DNA of 64,000 nucleotides from Ophelia neglecta (Eukaryota): NCBI GenBank assembly GCA_965285935.1, contig OZ260666.1, positions 35,712,001 to 35,776,000 of the forward strand, read 5' to 3'. Shown piece by piece: positions 25,458 to 38,405 of this stretch (position 1 is its first letter; each line of letters starts with the position of its first letter). The notes under the pieces were generated by a model. It saw only the letters and a program-made list of their open reading frames with translations, ran no database searches and was not told where the DNA came from. The position numbers and the translations under genes were made by a program.

Positions 25458-27045
25458 GTACTATGTAATCAGATACCAATTTTGAATACGCAAAATGATC
25501 TTGTACACTTTACTCCCCAATGTATAGGGACATGTGGTTCACATCGTATGGCATTCACACCCAAGCGCACTACTCGCAGCTAATAAACGCACTTCCTATG
25601 CACAAGATAGCGCCTACCTACAGGACCACCATTTACAAGTAAATCTGCTCTGTTTGATATCATTATGTAGATATTTGAGTGGGAGTGAGATAGTTCCTCA
25701 GCTTATGGCCATGCATCTGTAAGTTGCATTTTAACAATAGATAGGCCTATATCCATTCAAATTCATCAAGCACTCGAGATATTTGAGCAGTGTTTAATGA
25801 AGCAACTTTATCACTACTTTTTTTATACAACATCGTGATGACTTGTGAATTAGCTACATGGCTATATTACTAAGGGGCATTTTATATTTAAAAAACATGA
25901 GCGGTGTTTATTTTTATATCTGACATAACATCATATTTATGTCAAACAGTTTTATCGAAAGATAACTCTTTGTAAAGTGGAAGGAATGACGCTTGGCTGT
26001 GTGTGCTAGCAATGTCGTCAATCATCTAAGTTTCACAAAAGCAGTCCTGTTTGTTGGCCATGGGGTAAATTGGCGCTTACTTCAAGTTAATAACTTCCTT
26101 GCTGCTTTCAGACAATAATTAATTATATGGCCTCTTTGTCTCCACGCTGTTCTTCGCCGGGGCCGGATGTGCTCAGATGAATCTGTTGTATTCAGGGGGA
26201 AAGACTCTATGCCCTATACTTTCACTGACGACATTTTGTTTTATTTCGGTCGCCATGATTTAACAATACTATTTCCGGTAATCGGTCAATCTAATACATA
26301 TTGAGATATGCCTGATAAATATGGAGCTATGCAGGAAATGTGCAAAACTAAAGTGGATTCGAGTGTGTATGCTGTGGTGCCCTTGTGTTGGTAGCCATTG
26401 ATGCCATACATCCTCCAGTGACTCAACATGTATGCATGATGCATAGATCCATCCTATAGACAATATGTAACTTAGGACTGTTCTGACAGATAATCGTTCT
26501 CTTGGTAGTGCGACCTTTGATCATGTGAATTATGAGCGTATGTATAAGAATAAGGTGCTTCTGAGAATAATAATCACTAGGGCCATATATTTATTTGGGT
26601 CGACATCATTGTGAACGAGAACAAAACAATGCATTTATCTTTCGCTTCCTAGGAGAGCATTTATAACTATTTACCGGTAGCCTGTTATTAATCAACCATG
26701 GATTAAAAGGACACTGTTTTCATGTTTTGCACCCCCAAAAAAACCCTGACAATCGCGAAATATTCCCGATAAGAAAGGAGGAAAACTCGAAAGACGATAA
26801 TTAGTAAAAACAATTATTGAAAAGTGCCTGTTTGTCACGATAACAAATGAGGTACATGATTTCAGTCGGCCTTAAGGTCGTTTGCCAGTTACTCCTATAT
26901 TCTTACGCGATAAATTACAAGAAACACCATAAATACGAGAATTTTTCAGATTCGTTCTTTCGCTGTTAGCTGGTCAGCTAAGATAATATCGATAAAATAA
27001 TGAGTGGATTTTTCGCAATAATTTGGCCTGATTTACATCGTCACA

Positions 27046-27059
27046 GTTGCCATGGCGAC
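27046..27059. promoter_or_regulatory. RFX X-box-like palindrome GTTGCCATGGCGAC
   Basis: 13/14 match to GTTGCCATGGCAAC; no linked exon identified. Confidence 0.3.
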
Positions 27060-29912
27060 TCCATCGGTAGCTCCGACAAAGCTCTCAGTCTGGAAGAGTC
27101 CTATTTAATTTCTCGCCAGTAATTCAGGAGTAGGCTTATGAGATTTATCATCGACAAGCACAGCATGTAACCTGTTTTTTTGTGCGCGTGTTAATATTTA
27201 TTTGGCCCACTTACATGTATATCGGTTTCGAACCTTTATTTAAATGTCACTGTTTCAATGAAAGGTAGCGGGCACAAACCACCACTTTTACAGTCCAGTA
27301 CATCCCTTAATGTACAGAAAAACCTCGTCCCATAATGCGGAGAAATATCTCTGTCTGACAGTTACTATATATACCTTGTTTCAAATCTGATAATTCCCTC
27401 AAAAAGACCCAGGGTAACCATATATTTAGAAGTTTGCTGCTGTTGCGAATAGTATTGAAAATAGCTAATATTTTAATCATTTAAGTCATTTGACTAACAG
27501 GCATTTGTACGGCTGTCTGATATACAGGAGCTGTATGTGCCGGTGAATAAAATTATAAGGCTCCCTGGCTAAAAGCACCCCCCCCCCCCCAATTAAACCC
27601 CAGGATATCAAGGCCCAGGGGACTTGATTAAGCAGTATTCTGCGTCCGGCGGACGATGTAGCTCCGGAATTTTGGAATTTCCGCATCCCTGACATACTTT
27701 ACGGCGGACCTAAATAGGCCAGTACTGTTTTAAAACCAGGGCTAAGAACCTCGCGCACCGGAACTGATCATACCAAGATAAATCTACCGTCTTTTCCATC
27801 AATTCAGATCGGAATAACTCTGCAACACATTGCCTATTCAGATATATACTTTTCAATTACAATTGTGACTTCTGATGTGCTGAGGCAAAACCCAATCTAA
27901 AACAGAAATGACTTATAATTCTAAAAGAAATTAGGAGATTTTTTCTGAAAACTGTCCACTGGATTGGTTTGAAATACCTATGAAAAAAGCCTGCGGCTGG
28001 GGGTGGGGGTTAAATAATGCAAACGTGTACGGGGGTTAGGTTAGATGTCATTTCTGACCTGAGGGGTTGGGTCCAAAAATAACAAGCCACCCACCGCTCC
28101 CGGGGCCAACTTCTTGAAAGGCCCTTACAGTCAAGGAATTTAAGTGAAGTAGTATTTATGTGGCATTTGACAGCTGTTAGTAACACACGTATAAGACCCT
28201 AAGTCATTACTGTAACATTTCGTATTTGGGAGAATAGAACACGACTAAATTAGCGCATCAGTTCCCGAAGATATTCATTTGGGATAGAAGCAAAAGATTT
28301 AACCAAGGTCTATCCATCATGGATTTGATTAACTTTTTTTTTATTGTGGCAATGTATTTTTGAGGAAGGTTAGTTCTATAAACGATGAATGTGGAATACT
28401 CATCTTAATATATTTATTGTGATAATGTCAAGGTCTTGCTTCATTTAATTACACTGAGAATAGTTTTACAAGAGACCAAGGTATCAAATCAGCGATATTT
28501 CTTAAATCCTATGAAATACAGTCGAATAACTATTTAAAAAATTAAATAAACTTCCAATGAATCATAAGTTTGTTTTGATGCAAGAAGTATTATCTCCCAA
28601 ATCGATTTAGGCATATGTCTAGTAAGTATGTATGAATTACTTACAAAATGTGTCTCCGATAGAAAATTATGTGTACAATTATATGTTATTATGATAGTTA
28701 ATAACATATATATATAATAGTAATTACAATTAATAATTTTATCTTAATCATATTATATTATTCCTTACTTTATTCCTTCTTATTAACTTTATCATTATAA
28801 CAACTAGCCTAATATGTACCTCCTCCTCATTATTAACATCATTATTATCGACCGTGATCATTAAACTTATTGTTCTTTGTCATGTTTTACTTAATTCTAA
28901 CGACCAGTGTGATGGAGGCACGCCATAAACGGGGCCCGACACTAGCACGTCACCGACAATTAATTATCAGAGATAGCGCGTCAGTCCTTCATAACTTTTC
29001 ATTAGATATGACATTAAACGCGATACAGATATGTATCCTTTAATTAGTTTGGTCTCGTTTAACCAGTACACTTATGTATTAATCTTTTCGGTCATTAGAC
29101 TATTGTATAAATCATACTCAAGTACGTGTATGTCGCCAGGGAGTCGGTTCACTCTGAATACCTATCAATGTGACGGACGAACGGCAGTAATAGCCAACAG
29201 GTCTCTTTATCCCACGTGAGACTGATGTCAACGGCGACAAAACTGAGTATAAATAATTGCTTAAATCCAACAGCATTTTTGACATATCTTTATTATAACA
29301 TATACATGCTGTTAACTGGTCATAAAATCTGCTGCCAGAATGTAATCAAAGTGTGTTATTGCTCGGAAATCAAATAAAACGAATATGTGCTTATAGGTAG
29401 CGTTTGACATTAGGTCTTTTGCCCGCCTTGTTAAACATTATATTGTCGACCCATTTAATGGACCTAAACAGTAAAAATTGGACGTACCTGGGCTGGGAAT
29501 GAAATAGGAGGGAATGGAAGCTTGCAAATTAGGTCAAATATGCCAATAAATGACAGCTAATGTCAGCAACTTCCCCATACGAAGAGATAGAATGAATGCC
29601 TTAATGAATTTATTAATACTTACTAAAACGCAATGAGATTTTTTTTCTGGATGATGCTCGTATAAAGGCCTCTGACGCGGTACGCGCAGGTATCTAAATA
29701 TTTGGAATATAAATAACCAAATAGCAGCTTATGAGAGTTAATTTATACAGTTATTTGCAATATAGTGTATGCACCTGGCATTAAGGGAAAAAATGAACAT
29801 AATAAATTTTCTGATTAAATAATAATGGTGAAGTCATCGAACAGGTCCAATACATCAGTTGTGTTTTTCATTTCGAACATGTTATAAAATGATGCTCATA
29901 CAGTGTACGTTT

Positions 29913-32900
29913 TTATGAGTTGCATGACGCACAGCATTGCGTATTGAACGAAGGGTGTCGACAACGGTATTTTCCGTAGAAGCCAATGTATCCTTTACAT
30001 GTGTACAGTCGTGAATTCCTCTCGATAACAGTATTCCGGTCACCATATGGGCATTCTGAAAATAAAGATAAAAAAATTCGCATTAAATTTTGTCCGATTC
30101 GTTATGAAATTTGTGTATCCTGCGTTCTAGTCTCTTGCTTTAAAGTTCTTGCTGGTTCTCAATCGGTTACCAGAGGAATGGAGATGCTAGCCTTCTATTG
30201 TTCACTATTATCGAAATATCGTGCCTTTATTACGCATCTTTTTCTAGCGAGACTTTCTGAAGAGCCTACGCAGATGGATTCATTCAGAAAACAATTTTAA
30301 GGGAATACTAAAAAACAAAAGACGTTCTTTTGCGTTCTAGTTTTAGGCAAAATATTTATCTAACAAAGAGATACCTATTCAATACATATTTAACTCGTTT
30401 TAAAGATTTGTTTCAACATTATAAGTTTGTGTAACTATTGTAGGCAGCAAATAAAGTTTTCATTGAACTAGGATTAAGACGTCAGTTTTCGCATAGATCA
30501 GTATTAACAAAACGGTTGTTATTTTTAAAACCCCTTTTGAGTTTTTGGGTGCTTAGTGTCAGCGCAAATCTCGTGTGATTAACATTGATTACTAAAAAAC
30601 CTAATGGCGGAGGCCGGATGGGGAGAGGGGTGTCACTAAAAGCAGACGAAATGAGTTTAACCAGCACTGAAAAGGCCTAAGGGGACACCGTTTTGATTAC
30701 ACATGATAGTACAACTATATGCGTTCCCTATATATTATCATATATAAATTGTGTAGCCCATTTCAAAATATATGGTTAGCTCATTTTTTATAATTGTTTG
30801 AGTATGATCTAAAATTAATTTACATAAAAACATAGCAAATAAATTAATTTACATCAAAGCATGATCAATTACAGATTGGTTTTCAATACGAAAACTTTGC
30901 GATATTTTGATATTTTCAATCTGCTTAACGTGAGCCTATAGCAGGTGATGGTATACCTTGCTTGCCGGTAAAATAGACCTGGCACGTGGCACAACATAGG
31001 GCTCGATTACGCTCGGTGTAGCAGTAATGAGGCTGGAGATGTCGGTGACACTGCTCCGGGATTATATCCACACAGAAACCATCTCGTCCGAACACTGAAA
31101 CATAACAAACATAGGTTAAACCCCTGTCGTTTTAGGATAACTCTAGCATAAAAAAACAAATAGAACACCATATAAATTATATTGTACAACCTAGTTAACG
31201 GTACGCCAATAACAGATACTTTTAATACGCAAAAAAGAAGATGTGCAGTTTGGCGTTTAAACACTTCTTCATTAACATACACTATTAAAAACAAGGTAAA
31301 CAGTTTATCAGTGCTTTAATTGCCAACAAATCTCTGCCCTGTAACTAACTTGAACATTTAATTCACTTCCAATAGAATAAACACAGTAGCGATGCAGGGG
31401 ATGACACGCGTGAAGTTATTAAATTATGTGCGCCTAATAGAACAAAATTTTACGGGAAGTCGGATGGGCGAAAGAATTTGACATTGAGACATTGACAAGG
31501 AGTCATCGCTGACCTCCAGAGCCCAGAAAAGTGGTCGAGGCAGCGTGAACACCCACGCAAGGTATGAAGTTAACCTGTATTCACATAGGAGAAGGCTTCT
31601 GATTCGCTGGCACATTCATTCAGTGGGGGGGGGGGGGGGAGGGGGGGCGTAGGGCGGAGATTGCAGTCAAAGTCAATGCCTCACAAACAGCCAGCTTGAT
31701 TATAAACATCAGGAGAAAGCAGAAGAGGGACTATAATTTGGGAACATTGTGTGCGTCATTCATAAACAATTGTTTAGAACAAAACAATGAAATTGAATTA
31801 TCTCAAAATATATCTTCATTAGGCTATGCTATGCGCCCACACGACAAGCCGACCAGCAGATTCTAACCACACAAATAGCCATTCATTATATACAAAAGCG
31901 AGGATATAAATGATATAAGGAGACGATTTACATGCAATATAACAAGACTCGACATTCCACTTCAAGAGAACCGCCCTTGTCGGAGTATTACTTCACAAGT
32001 AAAGTCTAATTTATATCTGAAACGTTCATTTTTTGTACTTATTCTAACATATTCAGTAGTAACCGGCACCTCAGTTATTTGGTGTCAATTTCGTTTAAAT
32101 TTCAATTAGTCGATCAACATGTTTAATACCAATTTCCAATCAAGGCGAAAAGGCACGTTACTCACTAATCAATACTATTTAAATTATCGATAAGAAGATA
32201 TCGATAAGGCTACTCTACGCCAAGAGTTAGTGTTTTGATAAACGGACGACATTTCGGAGCTCTTCATTGGCTATTGACTAGCCGCTACATGTATGCGGTC
32301 GCGGACGTTTAGGGTATTTCAGAGTGACAGGAAGCAAAACATCGTCAACAGGGCTTGGGTTAGGGCTGAGGGTTAATTTCAGTATTAGGGGAAGTGTTAG
32401 GGACAAGTTTTAAATGTCTAGTGTTCCGTTCTAATTTCAGGATTTACCTCCGCAAGGCTCCGCGCTTCCGCTTTAATCGAAAGCCCCTCATTGATTCTGA
32501 TTCCTGCAGTGGCATAAGTAACTGCATGAGCAGTTACAAGTACCGGTGGTACTTATAGTTTTCACAATTTGGCACTCAGTGCTTCTATGAATACTTTCCG
32601 TCCTATGTATACGCTCCGATATGCTGGGTATTATGCTATTGGATCTATCATAGCCTGTTGTTTTGTTAGATTTGTTAACCATGGCAACGGCTGGCTAATC
32701 TTGTTGTTTTTGTCACTGTAATCTATATAGTGCAGGCGCCAGAGAGGAGATGTTGTACGGCGAAAACGGCTCTCTAATTTGTTATAATCTATAATCCTGG
32801 GGATGGAAGGGGGGGGGGGGGGCTTCCATTATAATAGGGCGGGGACGCTCCGCGCAGCATTGAAAATGGTTGTCATAGTGATAGAGAAGTCCTCAAAAAA

Positions 32901-34281
32901 AGTACCCATTTGATAGAATTTTTTTTTTTAAATGTACGCAATTGATAGATTTTTTTCAAAAAAGGGTCCACATTTGATATATTTTTTTGAAAAATTTGTC
33001 AGAAAAGCTGGGAATTAGACCTTTTTGATAGACAAACAAATGTGATGACCCATTTGATAGTATTTTTAAGAAAACAAAATACCCTTGACCGGCGAGCATG
33101 GTGGTAATCATAGATGACCATAATCTTTATTTTTAAAATTGTGTTAACTACATGAAGACAATCATGAAGACAATATTCAAACTATCGATGACAATTCTAT
33201 AAGAAGTTTTATTGCTACAACACATAAAGGTACAAATTCGAAGAGCCCGAAATGTGCCATCGCCTATATTTCGCTGCAAGTTTTTCCAATAAAAATGCCA
33301 ACTTATTGCCATGCATGTAAGTAATTTTATGTGAGGGGATATTTCCTTTGATGTTTCAGTCAGTATTTGTTTATGTGTAATACACTAATACGCCACTGAC
33401 CATTATGCCTTGGGGCCTGACGTAATCATCGTCTCGTGGCCCCTTGAGGCTGCAGTATGGGAGAGCGCCGGCCAGACGACATCAAGAAGTCACATGGCAC
33501 AGTTATCCTTCCCACCCACCCAGTGGTCATAACAATAAAAATTGTTATTTGTGAGGGGCGAGACCGCTCGCCTTATCGGGTTATTATAGGGCGCTCCCTA
33601 TATTGATCGTCTTCTTGTACTGTCAATATCATTAAGTTCACGCTTTAATAAAAACTTTTCAATCCAAACACGCTCATTGTGTTACCACTACTAGATCCTC
33701 GGTCTGGACAAAACCTTTTTATAAAGCATAAATACACCATTCTAGTTAAGCCCTTTGTTCTCAAAATTCCGTATGGTTTACTTAAAACGACCGGTAAACA
33801 TAAAACAGACCAGCAATTTATTCACCAAAAGCATAGAAAGGTTCCCATGCCTCTCATTTAGAAAAAATCATTTTACATTGATACTACATCCATAACCTTC
33901 TAAGACTATAACTATTATTGATCCTATTTCATCTTCTTTCATCATTAACTAAAGGAATATAACACATTGAAGAGTATTTTCTGTGATCCATTTCCCTTTT
34001 GCGTAATGTCTACGTTTAGTAACCCACATAGATGCCATTCTGCATCATTCAATATAGTATGTCAAATGAAAGAATGTAAACAAATATTGACCAGGATAGT
34101 TGTCTTCGAAAGAGAGCGGCAGTGGTCAACACAAGTGAATAATCAATCCGCGCTAAATCACATATTAAAAAATCAAAATGGAAGGTAAACTAACGTTTCA
34201 CTCACCGGCCGCCTGCGATGGCCAAGTGCCTAACAAAAAGAGACAAAAAAGTCCCACAATGTTTCCTAAGTGACAGTTCAT
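29913..34281 (-). CDS. Small secreted cysteine-rich protein with two PLAC-like 6-Cys modules (118 aa, 3 exons)
   Basis: Exons 34281-34206, 31094-30957, 30055-29913 joined by phase-1 GT-AG introns (357 nt): MNCHLGNIVGLFCLFLLGTWPSQAA-VFGRDGFCVDIIPEQCHRHLQPHYCYTERNRALCCATCQVYFTGKQ-ECPYGDRNTVIERNSRLYTCKGYIGFYGKYRCRHPSFNTQCCASCNS*; gccATG context; hydrophobic signal peptide. Confidence 0.85.
32810..33100 (+). repeat. Non-autonomous repeat-like element with internal (acccatttgatag) sub-repeats after a poly-G run
   Basis: The motif ttgata(g) recurs 5-6 times at 30-60-bp spacing (acccatttgatag, caattgatag, cacatttgata, ctttttgatag, acccatttgatag). Confidence 0.45.
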
Positions 34282-34343
34282 GGCGTAGAGAAATGGGGCC
34301 AGATGAAGTGAAGAGGTATTGTGTCCTTCTTCTCGCGTTGCTT

Positions 34344-34351
34344 CCTTTATA
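34344..34351 (-). promoter_or_regulatory. TATA box of the secreted Cys-rich gene
   Basis: TATAAAGG on the minus strand ~65 nt upstream of the ATG at 34281. Confidence 0.5.
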
Positions 34352-37300
34352 ACGTACACCACCAATGTCTGCGCGGGCAATGGTGTTTCACGCCTTAAAT
34401 AACTGCTGGCAATGTCGTCTGCTTTGTGCTAAACGTCTGTTTGACCGTTTTCCAAAGCTGCATTGCGGATGTGTCGAAAGTAGGTCGAAATCATCTTGAC
34501 TTTAAATAACTCCGCATTCTCATAGTTGATTCTTCATAGCATCCTCTAAACTTGTCAAAGATTGCATCACGGGCACCATCTTTAGATCCACGTTAAACAA
34601 GCTGAATCACCGAGATACGTAAAGAAAAAAGAATAAGGCCACTAATATAATAAACATGACGAGATGAATAATGCGAGGTGTTACCGTGAGGGGGGGGGGG
34701 TCGGAAAAGGAAGAGCTCAACTTTTGTGCTCTTATCTAAAACCTTCAATTGGTTAAATGTTTCGGTAATAGAAACACAGTATCTTAATAAACTGGGCGGC
34801 CTTTTACCTCACCTACGAAGCATTGGGGTATTTAAAACTACAGATCACCGTTTTTATTGAGTTATCCAAGCCGATTAACATTTTTTTACGTAAGTGGGAC
34901 TGTATTGGCGTCCAAAGAACAGCCCCCCCCCCCCAACTGCGGGTAGTGAAATGGCTCAACACGTTTATCTACAATAAACACAAATTAATATGCTGCAGAT
35001 TCACCTTCAGTCTGACGAGAATAGATCTGGCAATAGGTTGTAAGTCGGTTAATCCGCGCATCCTCTAGTCATCGCTAAGATATATTTTTGCAAGTTCACT
35101 AGCAAGTGTTGACAAACTTGTTAAGCCCCAAAGTAAAATTGAGCTACGGAGATCACCTGCTGAGTCTCAGTTCCTGGTGCACAGACATATATATGCAATA
35201 ATACGTTAGTATCGATGACATGAGCAAAGACATGTTTATGAAGAACTCGGATGAAGTATGGGCTGGGAACTGGGCCTCTGACCCAAGACTGAGGAAGAGC
35301 TGTGGCGTTTTCAAGTAATATACACTGCCGTAGAATTATTTATGAACACTTACCTTAACATTTTGAAAACTACATATTATTAGAACTAATATTCCTTATT
35401 ACACAGCTCTGTCTAGTAATACCTACGCTATGCCTACAGGCTAAATAGGCCAGGGCCCAATTTCATTCAAGTACAGTAACACACTGTAAGTCTCATACTC
35501 ACACACACTTGAGCATGAAAATGAACCACCTCAACCTTCTCGAAGAAGATGAAAATACGAGGTGTTTATTGCCCTTTCAACTGCTTCCATGGCTAACACG
35601 CCGTAATAAGTAAAGCTTAAGCATAGGAGTTTATTTCTAAAACTACTACATCGAATACCCGCATTCGCAAGAAAGCTAATGCGAGACCAATACATAAAAA
35701 TTATTCAATAACTGGAATAATTATGGAATGATAGTAAAGATATCAAGTTTTGAGAGCATTATGAATATTTCTAGCGCAAAGAAGTATTTAACAACAGGAA
35801 CACTGGATATTAATCAAACCCCCGTTACTATCCAAATTGCTCATGAAAAGGAAACTTCTGCAATGCTGCGACCGCTGCTTCCGTGACGGGGAACATTCAG
35901 CTAAATTGTACAAAGGTGCTCCGTCGCTATTATCCTAAAACATGCACTGACAAGTACCAGTACGGGCCTATCACTGTTGTCCCGAAACAACCTAAAAGCT
36001 AACTAGTGAGGCGTATAGTGTAGTTTGAAGCATATTTTCACAGCATTGCACGGATTTGTGTCTTAAGTATCTGTGTACCCTGTATAAGTTAACTCGAACT
36101 CGCTACCCGGCGGTCAGAATCAACACACCTCCTCACTTCACTAACCGGAACATTTGACTCCCAACGTTTCACAGTGGTCGCCCGTGTTGGTGGTCCTCCA
36201 GCTAAGGTTTCCGATGATTTCCGACCGACTCTTCCTGATTCAAGATTTGCTTTGTCCAACGAGTATCTACTATGTGTTTTGTTTGAAGATTGCTTTCCCG
36301 GATGATGTGATATCTTTCAATGCTATAACAAGCTGAAATCTATGCTTTCTTCCTCCTTATTTCGGACCGATTTATTGGAATAGTCTTCGTTTATGATTTG
36401 CTTTGTCTGCCGGTTACCCACTTCCCTTTTTGGAAATCATGGGTCGACCTGTTGTCTGAAGTGGCGATATGCCCCCATAAGTTACTACTTACCCTAGAAT
36501 CGTAGAAGCGTCTTGAACGATATCAATTCTGAGTCTTTTTAACTAGTTTTGATTACCTAAATTTAAACCCACTCTTATTGGAAATGTGTATCTCCTCTCA
36601 ATACAGTGATAACAACTACCAACATCAAAGCTCTTTATTCAGTTCAGACAAGTACTTAGGTCAAGAGTGCTATATCATGTTGGAGTTCAACACCAACATA
36701 AGATCAAATACCGCTAGTCGGACACAAAAATTGCACACTTTTGTTAAAGTCTTGGGTTTTAATCAGTGCAAAAAGGGCATTCCTTCTAGTAGTAAGGCAA
36801 ATGATACATACTGATATCTGATAAAGACAAAGTGAATTGCTTGTTTTACCGAACTGCCAAATCATCAAGATTCAAAGAAGTTTCTCGATAAAACTGGTAA
36901 TATAAATCTGCACTTTGTTAAAAAAAAACGGGAGTGGATTAGCGGCAAGGCCAAATCATTAATCAAGAAGTCTATTAGATCGGTCCGATCGGTCAGCAAC
37001 CAGCAGTCACAGGTTTAATTGATGTTATATACAGTTTACAGTATAGCCACTGTGAAGATGGTAATTAAGGCAGGGTTGAACTCACAGGCATGTTTTGTTG
37101 GAGAGCTTTTTGGAATATCACTTTAAAAGAAGGAGGGCAGCTATATATTTCAACAGAGTAATGATAAACTTTTCTCAATTTTTTTTCATTTCCGTCTAAA
37201 CATCGGCGACAGGACACACTCGTTGTAAGGCCGTAGAGCAACTCCGTTTGTCGGACTCATAACGTATCGCAACTGATAGTATGTGTAGCTACCATGTATG

Positions 37301-38405
37301 TTGAGACATGATTAAGTTGGGATTATATGTTTTATTAATGATGAGAGCATTTACAATACGAAAATACGACATAAAATACACATTATTGTCATGAAATGTT
37401 TTATATCAAATAAAATGCGGGAGAATGCAAGAAAGTCCTGGCTAAGTTTCATCGCCAAACAAGTAGAGCCCACATCTATATAATATTATATATATATATA
37501 TTATAATATTACAAATGAAACATAATATTCACTTGCGAACCCATTGCCTGAACCACATTCAGTTAACTGCCTTGAATAGAATACATGGATTATAAATAAC
37601 TTTGGATAATATACATAAATTATTACATCGAACATCATGCTTCAGACATGTTTGAACATTCAAATACATTCAGATATTTAATTAATTTAGGCGAGCATAT
37701 CTTTAATCTTATCACGTCTAGTCAGCACACCAAGTTATCGCAAAATTCCTTTGACAAGCAATAAGCGCGTACATAAATTAATAATAAAATATAGCTTCCA
37801 AAAATACCTTAAGGTTAAGAAAGGCACGACAGCCATTTATTAGTAACGTGTAATATGTAAGATGCGCTCACACATACATATACGTACTACTTGGATCAAG
37901 TACATGCTAGCGAAGTTTACAGTACCTGAATGCTTTATTCAAACACTACGTAATGTACAGACAGATGTTTCTGGTATGTGTATCGGTTGCGTGGCTCGTT
38001 TGATATGGGGATTCAATTATAATAAATACCAATAATTATTACAAATAGCAGTAAACCTTATTTTACATTGTTTTATGATTACATACTGGTTATATTCTGG
38101 ACAACAATGTTGTTTTAGCAGAGCATTTACATAATGATACCTATACATGACTTGTGCATATGCGAAGTTAATTTACAAGCATGACGAAAAGCTTCCAAGA
38201 CATTCATAAACAAAGCATGTTCATACACGTGCGTCACTGGAGTGTCACAGGGTGCTGCAACATTCCTAGATCGATATCAACATTCGCTTATAAACACAAT
38301 GAATCAAAGTGTACACCTCTGAAGAGACGAGTTAAGCCAGATACCGAGACCCCGGTCTTGGAGTACAAAGGACACTCTTGTATCACTGAATCCTGTACCA
38401 CAGCA

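Noticed and set aside
32488-32682. Cys-containing minus-strand ORF within intron 1 of the secreted peptide gene
   Set aside because: No convincing splice sites and no PLAC-like spacing; ends in a stop codon.
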